A DNA stretch of 64,000 bases from an uncultured Anaerolineae bacterium (GTDB taxonomy: Bacteria; Chloroflexota; Anaerolineae; Aggregatilineales; Ch27), in contig CAZGXI010000007.1 of the NCBI GenBank assembly GCA_964529715.1, forward strand, positions 17,882 to 81,881, given 5' to 3'. Of the stretch, positions 27,801 to 38,061 are shown piece after piece. The notes under the pieces were generated by a model. The model had not been told where the DNA came from. It was given only the letters and a program-made list of their open reading frames with translations, and did not search any database. A program made the translations under genes and the position numbers. Numbering within the stretch: position 1 is the first letter of the stretch; the number at the start of each line of letters is the position of its first letter.

Positions 27801-29123
27801 ATGTTCGAAAGCCTGACTGATAAACTGCAAAGCGTTTTCGATCAACTGGGCCGTCACGGCAAACTGACCGAGGCCGATGTCGATAGGGCCATGCGCGAGG
27901 TGCGTCTGGCGCTGTTGGAAGCCGACGTCAATCTGAAGGTTGCTAAAGACTTCATCAGCCGGATCAAAGAGCGGGCCGTCGGCGCAGAAGTGACCAAGAG
28001 CCTGACTCCCGCGCAGCAGGTCGTGAAGATCGTCCACGAGGAGTTGATCGAAACGCTGGGTGAAGCCGGACGGCTGGAACTGGCCGGGCCAAGCCCGCGC
28101 GTGATCATGTTGGTCGGGCTGCAAGGCTCCGGCAAGACGACTACTGCCGCCAAGCTAGCCCTATACCTGCGGCGCGACGGCAAAAAGCCGTTTCTGATCG
28201 CCGCCGATACCTATCGTCCGGCAGCAGTGGACCAGCTCGTCACGCTGGCAAAGCAGATCAATGTCCCTTACTGGGAAGAGGGCACCCAGGTGGCGCCGCC
28301 GGTCATCTGCGAGAACGGTCTGCGCGCGGCACGCGAAAGCGGGGCGACGGTGGTTTTGATCGACACTGCCGGGCGCTTGCAGATCGACGACGACATGATG
28401 GCCGAACTAGAAGCCATCAAGGCACGCACGAACCCCGCCGAAGTGCTGCTAGTAGCCGACGCAATGACCGGACAAGAAGCCGTCCGCATTGCCGAGGGCT
28501 TCAACCAGCGTGTCGGCGTGACCGGGCTGATCCTGACCAAAGTGGACGGCGACGCGCGCGGCGGTGCAGCCATCTCGATGCGCGCCGTCACAGGGGTGCC
28601 GATTAAGTTCCTGGCAACCGGCGAAAAGCTGGACGGGCTGGAAGTCTTTTATCCGGATCGCCTGGCCTCGCGCATCCTGGGCATGGGCGACGTGCTCAGC
28701 CTGATCGAGAAGGCCGAGGCCGCTTTCGACGAACGGGAAGCCGAACGTTTACAGAAGAAGCTGCTGCGCAACGAGTTCACACTGGAAGACTTTCTCCAGC
28801 AGATGCAGCAGGTCAAACGCCTGGGCAGCATCGGCCAACTGTTGGACATGATCCCCGGCATGAGCCGCCTGACCAAGCAGATCGACATGGCCCAGGCTGA
28901 TCAGGAATTCAAAAAGGTCGAGGCAATTATTCGCTCGATGACGCCGAAAGAGCGGCAAAACCCACGCATCCTCAACGCCAGCCGGAAGCGACGCATCGCC
29001 GCCGGAAGCGGCGTCGAGGTGCAGGATGTAAACACGCTGCTCAAACAGTTTCGTCAAATGCAGGATATGATGCAGCAAATTGGCAAAGGCCGTCTGCCCA
29101 GGCTGCCCGGCGTATTCCGCTGA
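27801..29123 (+). CDS. ffh: Signal recognition particle protein Ffh
   Basis: [33 protein letters not shown]. Met-rich M domain. Confidence 0.97.
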   Translation: MFESLTDKLQSVFDQLGRHGKLTEADVDRAMREVRLALLEADVNLKVAKDFISRIKERAVGAEVTKSLTPAQQVVKIVHEELIETLGEAGRLELAGPSPRVIMLVGLQGSGKTTTAAKLALYLRRDGKKPFLIAADTYRPAAVDQLVTLAKQINVPYWEEGTQVAPPVICENGLRAARESGATVVLIDTAGRLQIDDDMMAELEAIKARTNPAEVLLVADAMTGQEAVRIAEGFNQRVGVTGLILTKVDGDARGGAAISMRAVTGVPIKFLATGEKLDGLEVFYPDRLASRILGMGDVLSLIEKAEAAFDEREAERLQKKLLRNEFTLEDFLQQMQQVKRLGSIGQLLDMIPGMSRLTKQIDMAQADQEFKKVEAIIRSMTPKERQNPRILNASRKRRIAAGSGVEVQDVNTLLKQFRQMQDMMQQIGKGRLPRLPGVFR

Positions 29124-29163
29124 CGGGTCGGCAGGCAGATCGAAAGGAGCAAGGCACTTCAAG

Positions 29164-29574
29164 ATGGTTCGCATTCGTCTACGCCGCGTTGGTTCCAAAA
29201 AGCAACCCAGCTACCGGATCGTCGTTGCCGACGCACGCAGCCCGCGCGATGGCCGCTATATCGAGGTGATCGGCTTCTACAATCCGCGCACCGAACCGGC
29301 GACGATGGAGATTCAGGAAGATCGCGCCCTGTACTGGCTCAACGTCGGGGCGCAGGCCAGCGACACAGTGAACTACCTGCTGGAAACGAACGGCACGCTG
29401 GCCCGCTATGCACGTCTGCGCCAGGGAGAGGCTCTGGACGCCCTGGTCGCCGAAGCGCAGGCCCAAGCCGCCAGCCGTGCACCGATCAGCCCTAAGACCA
29501 CGACGCCGTCGCCCGTGCGGTCACGCAAAAAGGCCCGGAAAGCCGAGGGCGCAAGCAGCGAGTCGCAAGCCTGA
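29164..29574 (+). CDS. rpsP: Ribosomal protein S16 with an Ala/Pro/Lys-rich C-terminal extension
   Basis: [41 protein letters not shown]. Internal ATG of ORF 29080..29574. Confidence 0.95.
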   Translation: MVRIRLRRVGSKKQPSYRIVVADARSPRDGRYIEVIGFYNPRTEPATMEIQEDRALYWLNVGAQASDTVNYLLETNGTLARYARLRQGEALDALVAEAQAQAASRAPISPKTTTPSPVRSRKKARKAEGASSESQA

Positions 29575-29666
29575 TCGGGCACAGGTCCTATCGCTCCTGT
29601 CTGGCCTGGCAAATGCCGGGCCTGTTGTGTCCTGTTTGCCCGCCCTGGCGCGCGGATATGTCGTAA

Positions 29667-29906
29667 GTGGAGGACGGGGTGAAAACACTGGTGGAATATA
29701 TCGCCAAGTCGCTGGTCGATGATCCTTCCCAAGTCAGCGTCGTTGAGCACGGCGGGGGGGCGTCCGTCACATTGGAACTGCACGTCGCCCCGGAGGATAT
29801 GGGCCGCGTCATCGGGCGGGATGGGCGTGTTGCCAACGCCATGCGCGCGCTGCTGCGCGTGCTGGCCGCCAAAGAGGGCAAGCGCGTTAACCTGGAAATC
29901 ATCTAG
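29667..29906 (+). CDS. KH-domain RNA-binding protein (YlqC/UPF0109 family)
   Basis: VKTLVEYIAKSLVDDPSQVSV...MGRVIGRDGRVANAMRALL. GTG 29679, preceded by GGAGGA, is a likely alternative start. Confidence 0.85.
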   Translation: MEDGVKTLVEYIAKSLVDDPSQVSVVEHGGGASVTLELHVAPEDMGRVIGRDGRVANAMRALLRVLAAKEGKRVNLEII

Positions 29907-29923
29907 GCTTCCCGGCCCGTAAC

Positions 29924-30505
29924 ATGTCTCCCCTCTTTCCGCAGCAACCCTCACCGGAGGCGAACCGGCGGTCCGCCTCCGCTCCCCATTTCCTGATCCT
30001 GGGGCGTATCCTGCGCCCACACGGCGTCCGGGGAGAACTGCGCGTCGAGATCGCCACACAGTTTCCGGAACGGGTGAGCGACCTGGAAACTGTCTTCGTT
30101 GGGTCGGACCCTTACGACGCCGAAGCGGCATTTCCTTTTACGCTGACGGCAGCCCGCCGCCACCGCGACCTCCTCCTGGTCACGCTAGAGGAAATCACAT
30201 CGCGCGAAGAGGCCGATCCCCTGCGCGGGAAGCTACTCATGGTTGCGCTGGAAGATGCCGTTCCCCTGGAAGAGGGGGAGTACTATACCTTTCAAATCCT
30301 GGGCGCGCGCGTGGTCACCTCCGCCGGGGAAGAGTTAGGCCGGATCGAGCAGGTGCTCGAAACCGGCGCTAACGATGTTTTCGTGGTACAAGGCGGCCCG
30401 CGCGGCGAGGTGTTGATTCCCGACGTGCCTCATGTCGTCGTGGATGTGGACATCGAAAATCAGGTCGTCACGGTCGATCCTCTGCCCGGCCTGTTACCGG
30501 AATAA
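29924..30505 (+). CDS. rimM: 16S rRNA processing protein RimM
   Basis: LILGRILRPHGVRGELRVEIATQFPER...PRGEVLIP (PRC barrel). Conserved position after rpsP and the KH gene. Confidence 0.9.
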   Translation: MSPLFPQQPSPEANRRSASAPHFLILGRILRPHGVRGELRVEIATQFPERVSDLETVFVGSDPYDAEAAFPFTLTAARRHRDLLLVTLEEITSREEADPLRGKLLMVALEDAVPLEEGEYYTFQILGARVVTSAGEELGRIEQVLETGANDVFVVQGGPRGEVLIPDVPHVVVDVDIENQVVTVDPLPGLLPE

Positions 30506-30569
30506 CACATACGCCCGGCCTGTGCCCCGTTCCACGCCTTGACAGCCCTCAGCACGCCTGCTATCCTGT

Positions 30570-31712
30570 TTGCCACCTGGTAGTAAGGGTGGCGATGTGA
30601 GCGCGCGCAAATATTGGATCGGATTCAACCATGTAGCCGGTGTCGGTCCACGGCGGCTGGCAGCCCTCCGGCAGCGGTTTGCCAGCCTGGAAGAAGCCTG
30701 GCATGCCGACGAGCACGCTCTGCAAGCAGCCGGTTTGGATCAGCGCACACTTAAAAACCTGAGAGAGGCGCGCCGCACGCTTGACCTGAATGCACTTCAA
30801 CACAAACTGGACGATCTGGGCGCAGCGGCGCTGACTCTGGAAGATGCCGATTATCCGACCCTATTGAAGGAACTACCGGATGCGCCGCCCGTCCTTTACG
30901 TGCGCGGATCGCTGAGCACACAGGATAACTGGGCCGTCGCCATCGTCGGCACGCGCAAAGCCAGCACCTACGGGCGCAACATGGCCTCCCAGCTCGCCGC
31001 CGACCTGGCCCGCGCCGGGGTGACGGTCGTCAGTGGCTTGGCCGTCGGCATCGACGCCGCCGCACATCGAGGCGCCCTGGAAGCCGGAGGACGCACCCTG
31101 GCCGTGCTGCCATGCGGCATCGACCAGATTTATCCTCCAGAAAGCGCGGCTCTGGCCCGCCAGATCGCCGATCATGGCGCGTTGTTGACGAAATTTCCGC
31201 CCGGCACGACGGCAGAAGCCAAAAACTTTCCGCCCTGCAACTGGATCATCAGCGGGCTGTCGCTGGGCGTGATCGTGGTCGAGGCGGGGATCAAGAGCGG
31301 CGCGCTGATTACCGCCGACTGGGCTGCCGAGCAGGGGCGCGATGTTTTTGCCGTTCCGGGCAACACGACCGCAACGGCCAGTCAGGGCACAAACCGCCTG
31401 ATTCAGGATGGGGCCAAACTGGTCATCACCGTAGATGACGTGCTGACGGAACTGAACCTGTCACGCGAGGGGTCCATCACCCAGACGGCGGTGCAGAGTA
31501 TCACCCCGGAAAATGAACAGGAGCAGCGCATTTTACAACATCTCGGTGAAGAACCGACCCACATCGATGACCTGTGCCGCCTGCTGGATACGCCCATCGC
31601 GGCGCTCAGCAGCGCCCTGATGCTGATGGAACTCAAGGGCATGGTCAGGCAGGTCGGCGGGATGCAATATATCCTCGCAAGAGGCCGCGCTGCGCCTTAT
31701 GTTCTAGATTAA
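30570..31712 (+). CDS. dprA: DNA processing protein DprA (Smf)
   Basis: AIVGTRKASTYG, SGLAVGIDAAAHRGALEAGG, GALITADWAAEQGRDVFAVPG. GTG 30597 is an alternative start. Confidence 0.9.
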   Translation: MPPGSKGGDVSARKYWIGFNHVAGVGPRRLAALRQRFASLEEAWHADEHALQAAGLDQRTLKNLREARRTLDLNALQHKLDDLGAAALTLEDADYPTLLKELPDAPPVLYVRGSLSTQDNWAVAIVGTRKASTYGRNMASQLAADLARAGVTVVSGLAVGIDAAAHRGALEAGGRTLAVLPCGIDQIYPPESAALARQIADHGALLTKFPPGTTAEAKNFPPCNWIISGLSLGVIVVEAGIKSGALITADWAAEQGRDVFAVPGNTTATASQGTNRLIQDGAKLVITVDDVLTELNLSREGSITQTAVQSITPENEQEQRILQHLGEEPTHIDDLCRLLDTPIAALSSALMLMELKGMVRQVGGMQYILARGRAAPYVLD

Positions 31713-31725
31713 CGTGAGATAAGCG

Positions 31726-32817
31726 ATGCTGCTGAAACATTTCTACGCTCTCGTCATGGCGGGCGGCGGTGGAACCCGCCTGTGGCCGCTGAGCCGCCAA
31801 ATTCGCCCCAAACAGATGCTCCCCCTAATCGAGGAGGAGCAGACAATGTTCCAGATGACAGTGCGCCGCCTGCCGCCATTGTTGCCGCCGGAGCGAGTCT
31901 TCGTGATCACGGGGCAAGATCAGGTGGACGCCCTGCGCGCAGATGTGCCAGAAATTCCGGCGGAAAATTTCATTGTGGAACCCTTCGGGCGCGACAGCGG
32001 CCCCGCTGCCGGCTTGGGCATTCTGGCGATTGCTGAGCGCGACCCCGACGCCATTGTCGCCGTCCTCTCTGCCGACCATCACATCGCGCAGACCGAACGG
32101 TTCCGCGCCGTGCTGCACAGCGCCGCGGAACTGGCCCAGCGGAACATGATCGTCACCCTGGGCATCCCGGCCTACCGTCCAGCCACCGATTTTGGCTACA
32201 TCCGGCGCGGCGAATTTCTGGAACGGCTGCACGGCTTCGACTGCTTCCACGCGGAACAGTTCACCGAAAAGCCGGACCGGGAACGGGCGATGAAATTTCT
32301 CAAATCCGGGCTGTATAACTGGAATAGCGGCATGTTCATCCTCGGCGCGCGTGACGTGCTGGAGGAATACCGCCGTCAACAGCCAGAGATGTACGCCCTG
32401 CTGATGCAGATTCGCCCTCTGCTCGGCGCGCCAGATTTCACCGCTCAGATTACGTCGTATTGGGAGAAAATGCCCAAGCTGTCCATCGACTATGCCATCA
32501 TGGAAGGTGCAACCAACATCGCAGTCATTCCGGTAGACATCGGCTGGAGTGATGTGGGGACATGGGGAATGCTGTTCGATGTGTTGGAGGGCGACGAGAA
32601 CGGTAATATCATTCGCGGCGCAGGCAATGGACACATTCTTCTGGATACCGTTCAGACGCTGGTCGTCAGCAACCGCATGGTCGTGACTATCGGTCTGGAA
32701 GACCTGGTTGTTGTCGATACCGATGATGTGCTGCTGGTCTGCCACCGCGATCACGCTCAGGATGTGCGCAAGGTCGTGAAACAGTTGCGCGATCAGGGGA
32801 AAGACTCTTATCTTTAG
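31726..32817 (+). CDS. Mannose-1-phosphate guanylyltransferase (NDP-sugar pyrophosphorylase)
   Basis: LVMAGGGGTRLWPLSR nucleotide-binding motif. The ...DYAIME...IGWSDVGTW pattern is typical of ManC/GMP enzymes without the isomerase domain. Confidence 0.88.
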   Translation: MLLKHFYALVMAGGGGTRLWPLSRQIRPKQMLPLIEEEQTMFQMTVRRLPPLLPPERVFVITGQDQVDALRADVPEIPAENFIVEPFGRDSGPAAGLGILAIAERDPDAIVAVLSADHHIAQTERFRAVLHSAAELAQRNMIVTLGIPAYRPATDFGYIRRGEFLERLHGFDCFHAEQFTEKPDRERAMKFLKSGLYNWNSGMFILGARDVLEEYRRQQPEMYALLMQIRPLLGAPDFTAQITSYWEKMPKLSIDYAIMEGATNIAVIPVDIGWSDVGTWGMLFDVLEGDENGNIIRGAGNGHILLDTVQTLVVSNRMVVTIGLEDLVVVDTDDVLLVCHRDHAQDVRKVVKQLRDQGKDSYL

Positions 32818-32869
32818 GGCCATCTATGTAGCCGGTGTGTTTGTGGAAAGTGGATTGAGAACAGGCTCC

Positions 32870-35290
32870 ATGAGTGAAACCTTTGAAGCCTACTGCGTGA
32901 AATGTAAGACCAGGCGCGTCATGGTTGACCCGCAAGCCGAATATGCACAAAACGGGACACCCAGAACACGCGGTAAATGTGCCGTCTGTGGGACAACGAT
33001 CTTTCGGATAGGCAAAACCCCGGCGCACGAGGGAATCGCCAGACCGGAAGTCATCACGAAACCGGTCCGGCGCAAGAAATCGGGTGCGGACAAGGGCCGG
33101 AAAAACAGCGCCGGTAAAAAGGCCGCCGACGGTGGCAGGCGACGATATGGCCGCCTGGTGATCGTCGAGTCCCCGGCCAAAGCGCGCACGGTGGGTCGTT
33201 TCCTGGGCAAAGGGTATACCGTGCAGGCCTCGGTGGGCCATGTGCGCGACTTGCTGCGTTCCCAGCTTTCGGTGGACGTGGAACATGACTTCGCGCCAAA
33301 GTACCGTGTGCCCAACGAAAAGCGCAAGGTCGTCAAGGAACTGAAGGCAGCGGCAGCAAAGGCCCAGGAAATCTACCTGGCGACCGACCCAGACCGCGAA
33401 GGCGAGGCCATCGCCTGGCACCTGATCGCCGCCGCCGAGATCGAGGAAAGCCGCGCTCGGCGCGTCGTCTTCCACGAGATCACCGAACGGGCCATTCAGG
33501 AAGCCTTCGCACACCCGCGCCAGATCAACATGCCGCTGGTCAACGCACAGCAGGCCCGCCGCATCCTGGACCGGCTGGTCGGCTACAACATCACCGAACT
33601 GCTGTGGGACAAGGTACGCAACCGCCTTTCCGCCGGGCGTGTGCAGAGTGTGGCCCTGCGGCTGGTGGTGGACCGCGAGCGCGAGATCGAAACCTTCATC
33701 CCTCAAGAATACTGGACGCTCGATGCCGAGCTTGCCAAGTTGAATCTAAACGGTTCGGCGGCAGCGCCGAGTTTTGTGGCGCGGCTGGTGAAAATCGCCG
33801 GGGAGCCGGTCGATTTCCACATTGAAGACGATGTTCGGCCTCACCTGGAAGCATTGGAAAAAAGCCAGTATGTCGTCCAGGAAATCAAACGTGGCACCAA
33901 ACAGCGCCGCCCCGCCCCACCCTTCACCACCAGCACCTTGCAGCAGGAAGCCTCGCGGCGGCTGGGCTTTAGCGCCCGGCGAACCATGCAGGTCGCCCAG
34001 GCGCTGTACGAGGGCATCGACATCAATGGCGGGACCGTCGGCCTGATCACCTACATGCGCACCGACAGCACGACTGTCGCTGCCGAGGCGCAACATGAGG
34101 CCAGCGCCTTTATCCGCGAGCAATATGGCAAGGACTTTGCGCCTTCCAGCCCGCCCATCTACCGCACAAAGGCCAAAAGTGCCCAAGAAGCCCACGAGGC
34201 CATCCGACCGACCAGTGTCTATCGCACGCCAGACAGCATCAAACATGCCCTGACAGGCGAACAACTGCGGCTCTATACCTTGATCTGGCAGCGTTTCGTC
34301 GCCAGCCAGATGGTAAATGCCGTCTATGCCACCCAACGGGTAGACATCCTGGCCGGTCCGGCAGATGAGCCACAGAAGCCCTATCTGTTCCGCGTATCTG
34401 GCAGCATCGTGCGATTCCCCGGCTTCCTGCGCGTCTACGAGGAGGCGCGGGATGACGACACCACCGACGAAGACCTGAACCGGATCATCCCGGATATGGA
34501 GCCGGACGAAGTGCTTCGCCTGCTGCGGTTGCTGCCAGAGCAGCACTTCACGCAGCCGCCGCCGCGCTACACCGAAGCCACGTTGGTCAAGGCGCTCGAA
34601 GAAAAAGGCATCGGGCGGCCCAGCACCTACGCACCGACTGTCGCCGTGATCCAGAACCGCGACTACGTCACCCGTGAGGGTCGCCAGCTTGTGCCCACCC
34701 CAACCGGGCTGCTGGTCAATGACCTGTTGGTGAAATACTTCCCGGACGTGCTGGACCCGAACTTCACGGCGCAGTTGGAAACCCGGCTGGACCAGATCGC
34801 CGCCGGGGGCAACGCGTGGGTGCCCATGTTGCGGGACTTCTACGGCCCGTTTTCGCAGCAGCTTGACCATGCCCGTCGGGAGCTCCCCTCGCAACGGCAG
34901 GTCGAGATGATCGGGCGCGACTGCCCAGAATGCGACAGCCCGTTGATCCTGCGCTACGGGCGCTTCGGCAAGTTTATTGGTTGCTCACGCTATCCAGATT
35001 GCCGTTACAAAGAACCCTGGCTAGAAAAAACCGGTGTAGCCTGTCCGCACTGCGGCGGGGAACTGGTGGAAAAACGCAGCAAAAGGGGACGCCGCTTTTA
35101 CGGCTGTGCGAACTTCCCAGCGTGTGGCTTCGTTTCCTGGAAGCGCCCGCTGCCCACACCCTGTCCCAACTGCGGTGGGCTGCTGGTCGATTACAACAAA
35201 CAGTATGCCCAATGTACCCAGTGTAAGCAGCGGATTGAGAAAGAAGAGGCGCCCGAATCCTCCGACGAGATGCCGGAGCAAGCCTTCTAG
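32870..35290 (+). CDS. topA: DNA topoisomerase I with an extra N-terminal Zn ribbon plus basic linker and three C-terminal Zn ribbons
   Basis: Toprim LVIVESPAKARTVGRFLG starts about 105 aa into the protein. ITYMRTDS active-site Tyr region. N-terminal CVKC...CAVC ribbon. C-terminal ribbons CPECDS..CSRYPDC, CPHCGG..CANFPAC, CPNCGG..CTQC. Confidence 0.95.
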   Translation: MSETFEAYCVKCKTRRVMVDPQAEYAQNGTPRTRGKCAVCGTTIFRIGKTPAHEGIARPEVITKPVRRKKSGADKGRKNSAGKKAADGGRRRYGRLVIVESPAKARTVGRFLGKGYTVQASVGHVRDLLRSQLSVDVEHDFAPKYRVPNEKRKVVKELKAAAAKAQEIYLATDPDREGEAIAWHLIAAAEIEESRARRVVFHEITERAIQEAFAHPRQINMPLVNAQQARRILDRLVGYNITELLWDKVRNRLSAGRVQSVALRLVVDREREIETFIPQEYWTLDAELAKLNLNGSAAAPSFVARLVKIAGEPVDFHIEDDVRPHLEALEKSQYVVQEIKRGTKQRRPAPPFTTSTLQQEASRRLGFSARRTMQVAQALYEGIDINGGTVGLITYMRTDSTTVAAEAQHEASAFIREQYGKDFAPSSPPIYRTKAKSAQEAHEAIRPTSVYRTPDSIKHALTGEQLRLYTLIWQRFVASQMVNAVYATQRVDILAGPADEPQKPYLFRVSGSIVRFPGFLRVYEEARDDDTTDEDLNRIIPDMEPDEVLRLLRLLPEQHFTQPPPRYTEATLVKALEEKGIGRPSTYAPTVAVIQNRDYVTREGRQLVPTPTGLLVNDLLVKYFPDVLDPNFTAQLETRLDQIAAGGNAWVPMLRDFYGPFSQQLDHARRELPSQRQVEMIGRDCPECDSPLILRYGRFGKFIGCSRYPDCRYKEPWLEKTGVACPHCGGELVEKRSKRGRRFYGCANFPACGFVSWKRPLPTPCPNCGGLLVDYNKQYAQCTQCKQRIEKEEAPESSDEMPEQAF

Positions 35291-35296
35291 CAGTGG

Positions 35297-36799
35297 CTAT
35301 ACGAGCAGCCGCCGGGCCAAGGCCAACGCCTCGGCAGCGGTATGAATTTCCCCTGCTGCTTGCGCCTCGCGGAGCTGTTCCAGCAGCAAACCGATCTGCG
35401 GACCGGGCGGGAGCGCCAGCGCGCGCATCAGGTCATCGCCCGTGACCAGAGGCGGCAGACTGGTCAAGGCCGGTGCATCCGCCTGATAAGCTGCTTCCAA
35501 GAGCGTGCCGACCGTTTGCAACAGATGGCTCCACGCGCCGGTTTCCAACGCCGGCCCGACAGTTGCTAGGTGATCGGCCAACGCCAACAGGCACACGTCT
35601 ATCCCGGCGGGGCCGCAGTCGCGCCAGAAGCGATATACCGCCCGCCGGGAGAGGATTGGTTCCCCATCGAGCAGCAGCGGACGCAGGTGATGTCGCACGA
35701 TGCCGCACAGCCGAACAATTTCGCCTTTGCTCAGTTTCAGTGCCCGGCCCCGTTCTTCTGCCAGAACCGCCCCCGCCGCATCGTGTCCCCAAAAACGGAT
35801 GCGCTCACCATCGACTTCCTGCGTGGCGGGTTTGCCGCTGTCGTGCAGCAGCGCCGCCAGGGTCAGCAAGGCCGTGTGCGGGCGTTCATCCGGCCAGGCC
35901 TGGGCCAGATGCGTCTGAAGCTGTGAGCGAAAGCGGTCCAACGCATAGACGATCAACCCCAAGCCGGCCTGCGCGGCATTGTCTTCGGTCCGCTGTGGGC
36001 TGATGGTATGCAGAACGGCAGCCAACCGCTCAACCGTCGCCAGAGTATGCTCCCACACATCGGAGCGATGCGGCAGACTCTGCTGGACGCCCCGCATGGC
36101 ATTCACTTCCGGCACAATCAGCGCCAGCAGGCCGAGCGAATCCAGCACGCGCAGCCCTGCCGCCGGACGTGGGTCACCCAACAGCGCCATGAATTCATCT
36201 CGCACGCGCTCGGCAGAGGCAGCAATCAATCGCGGTCCTTCTCGCCGCAGATCAGACAGGGTCGCCGGTTCGATGCGCAGGTGAAAGCGTGTGCTCAACC
36301 GCACCGCGCGCAAGGCACGGATAGGATCGTCCGCCAGGGAAGTCGGGCTACATCGTCGCAGAATGCGGTTCTGAGCATCCGACAGGCCGTTCAAGGGATC
36401 GATCACGCCGTCCAGACTGCCGGCCAGAGGCACAGCCACCGCATTGAGCGTAAAATCACGCCCCTGCAGGTCTGCCAGCAGATCGCCCCCGCGAAAGTTG
36501 GCGACATCTACCACCCATCGTTTGCCCTCGCGCCAGAAGATCGCCCGACCCGTTTCACGTTCCGGATCCAGCTTGTAAAATTTTCCGCCCAGCGCGTCGG
36601 CAATCCGCCGCGCCACACGAAACCCGCCTCCAGGAACGACCAGATCAACGTCGTGAACCGGCAGCCCCCAGAACGCATCGCGGACAACACCGCCGACCAG
36701 GTAAACGGATGCCGCGTCCTCGCTCAGAATGCGCTGCAGGGTATTGACGACAGGCGTCCAATAGAGCGGACGCAGCGGCGGCTGAGTTTGCATGATCAC
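35297..36799 (-). CDS. cca: CCA-adding tRNA nucleotidyltransferase / poly(A) polymerase family with HD domain
   Basis: LVGGVVRDAFWG and DVDLVV motifs. HD region LLHDSGKP. The start overlaps the hpt stop (ATGA). Confidence 0.88.
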   Translation of the reverse strand: MIMQTQPPLRPLYWTPVVNTLQRILSEDAASVYLVGGVVRDAFWGLPVHDVDLVVPGGGFRVARRIADALGGKFYKLDPERETGRAIFWREGKRWVVDVANFRGGDLLADLQGRDFTLNAVAVPLAGSLDGVIDPLNGLSDAQNRILRRCSPTSLADDPIRALRAVRLSTRFHLRIEPATLSDLRREGPRLIAASAERVRDEFMALLGDPRPAAGLRVLDSLGLLALIVPEVNAMRGVQQSLPHRSDVWEHTLATVERLAAVLHTISPQRTEDNAAQAGLGLIVYALDRFRSQLQTHLAQAWPDERPHTALLTLAALLHDSGKPATQEVDGERIRFWGHDAAGAVLAEERGRALKLSKGEIVRLCGIVRHHLRPLLLDGEPILSRRAVYRFWRDCGPAGIDVCLLALADHLATVGPALETGAWSHLLQTVGTLLEAAYQADAPALTSLPPLVTGDDLMRALALPPGPQIGLLLEQLREAQAAGEIHTAAEALALARRLLV

Positions 36800-37371
36800 G
36801 GCGTTTCGTCGGGCACGGCATAAGCGCCTTGCCGCACCACACCGATGAACGGCAGGTTGCGGTAGAACTCGTCCAAGTCCAGGCCATAGCCGAAGACAAA
36901 CTTATTGGGAATTTCAAAACCCACGTAATCGACCAGGATGGGCACTTCCCGACGTTCTGGCTTGCTCAGCAGCGTGCATATCTTGATACTGGCAGGCTGG
37001 CGAGCCTGGAGCAAACGGAGAATGTAGTCAAGCGTATTGCCGCTGTCGATGATGTCTTCGATGATCAGCAAGTGACGGTTGGCGATGTTGGTATGCAGGT
37101 CCATATCGATGCGCACAGCGCCGGTGGTTTCGCGTGCAGCTCTGCCATAGCTCGAAACGGCCATAAAGTCAATGCAATGGGGCAGGGTGATGTGCCGCAT
37201 CAGGTCCGCCAGAAAGAGCATCCCCCCCTTGAGCACACATACCAACAACAGGTTTTCCGTCCCCGCATAGTCGGCGGAAATCTGCCGCCCCAGCTCAGCG
37301 ATACGGGCCTGCAATGTCTGCTCGTCAATCAGCACTTCGTCCAGATAAAATTCGTAGGGCTTGGGCTTCAT
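36796..37371 (-). CDS. hpt: Hypoxanthine phosphoribosyltransferase
   Basis: LLIIEDIIDSGNTL PRPP motif. FVFGYGLDLDEFYRNLP. ATG 37371 (MKPKPYEF). Confidence 0.93.
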   Translation of the reverse strand: MKPKPYEFYLDEVLIDEQTLQARIAELGRQISADYAGTENLLLVCVLKGGMLFLADLMRHITLPHCIDFMAVSSYGRAARETTGAVRIDMDLHTNIANRHLLIIEDIIDSGNTLDYILRLLQARQPASIKICTLLSKPERREVPILVDYVGFEIPNKFVFGYGLDLDEFYRNLPFIGVVRQGAYAVPDETP

Positions 37372-37506
37372 GCGCGTCCTCACTCTGGTTTTGAGGGGAT
37401 GATTATACCGCGTCCCGGCGGAATTTTAGGGTCTGCCTTGACCGGAGAGCGATCCCGGTGTACGCTAACGCTGTCTTTAACGGGACGGATGTCGAGGACA
37501 GTAGCA

Positions 37507-37977
37507 ATGGCGGATGAACGATACCTGACCAGAGAAGGCGCAGAAGAACTGCGCCGCGAACTGGACGAACTGATCCGGGTCAAGCGGCCTGCGCTGGCGC
37601 AACGGCTCAAAGAAGCGATTGCGCAGGGCGATCTGTCTGAAAATGCCGATTATCACGATGCCAAAGAGCAGCAGGCGTTTCTAGAAGGCCGTATTCGCTA
37701 TCTGGAAACCACGCTCCGCACGGCGACAATCATCGACGGCAGCAGCGACGGTCCTGATGGGACGGTGCGCGTTGGTATGCAGGTCACGCTTGAGTCGAAG
37801 GATGAGCCGGACGAGACGTATACCATTGTCGGCGCCGCAGAGGCCAACCCCAGGGAAGGCAAAATTTCCCACGAAAGCCCACTTGGCGCGGCGCTGATGG
37901 GCCGCAAGGTCGGCGACAGAGTGTCCATCGATGCCCCGGCAGGTAAACTGACCTTCAGGATCAAAGCGATCCGATAG
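37507..37977 (+). CDS. greA: Transcription elongation factor GreA
   Basis: MADERYLTREGAEELRRELDEL...GDLSENADYHDAKEQQ...SHESPLGAALMGRKVGD. Only the last 156 aa of ORF 36829..37977 are used. Confidence 0.95.
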   Translation: MADERYLTREGAEELRRELDELIRVKRPALAQRLKEAIAQGDLSENADYHDAKEQQAFLEGRIRYLETTLRTATIIDGSSDGPDGTVRVGMQVTLESKDEPDETYTIVGAAEANPREGKISHESPLGAALMGRKVGDRVSIDAPAGKLTFRIKAIR

Positions 37978-37996
37978 CACGGGTCAAGAAAACCAA

Positions 37997-38021
37997 AGCC
38001 CCGCCACGCGGCGGGGCTTTT
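37997..38021. terminator. Bidirectional rho-independent terminator between greA and the convergent membrane-protein gene
   Basis: AGCCCCGCC-acgc-GGCGGGGCT, flanked by an A-run upstream and TTT downstream. Confidence 0.7.
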
Positions 38022-38061
38022 CGATTCGGCGAGCAGGCCTGCCTGAGGAACGAGCCGCGCA

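Noticed and set aside
36829-37977. A 382-aa ORF suggesting a large protein ending in GreA.
   Set aside because: The N-terminal 226 aa are antisense to hpt and have no protein-like features. GreA begins at the internal ATG 37507 with the canonical MADERYLTREG N-terminus.
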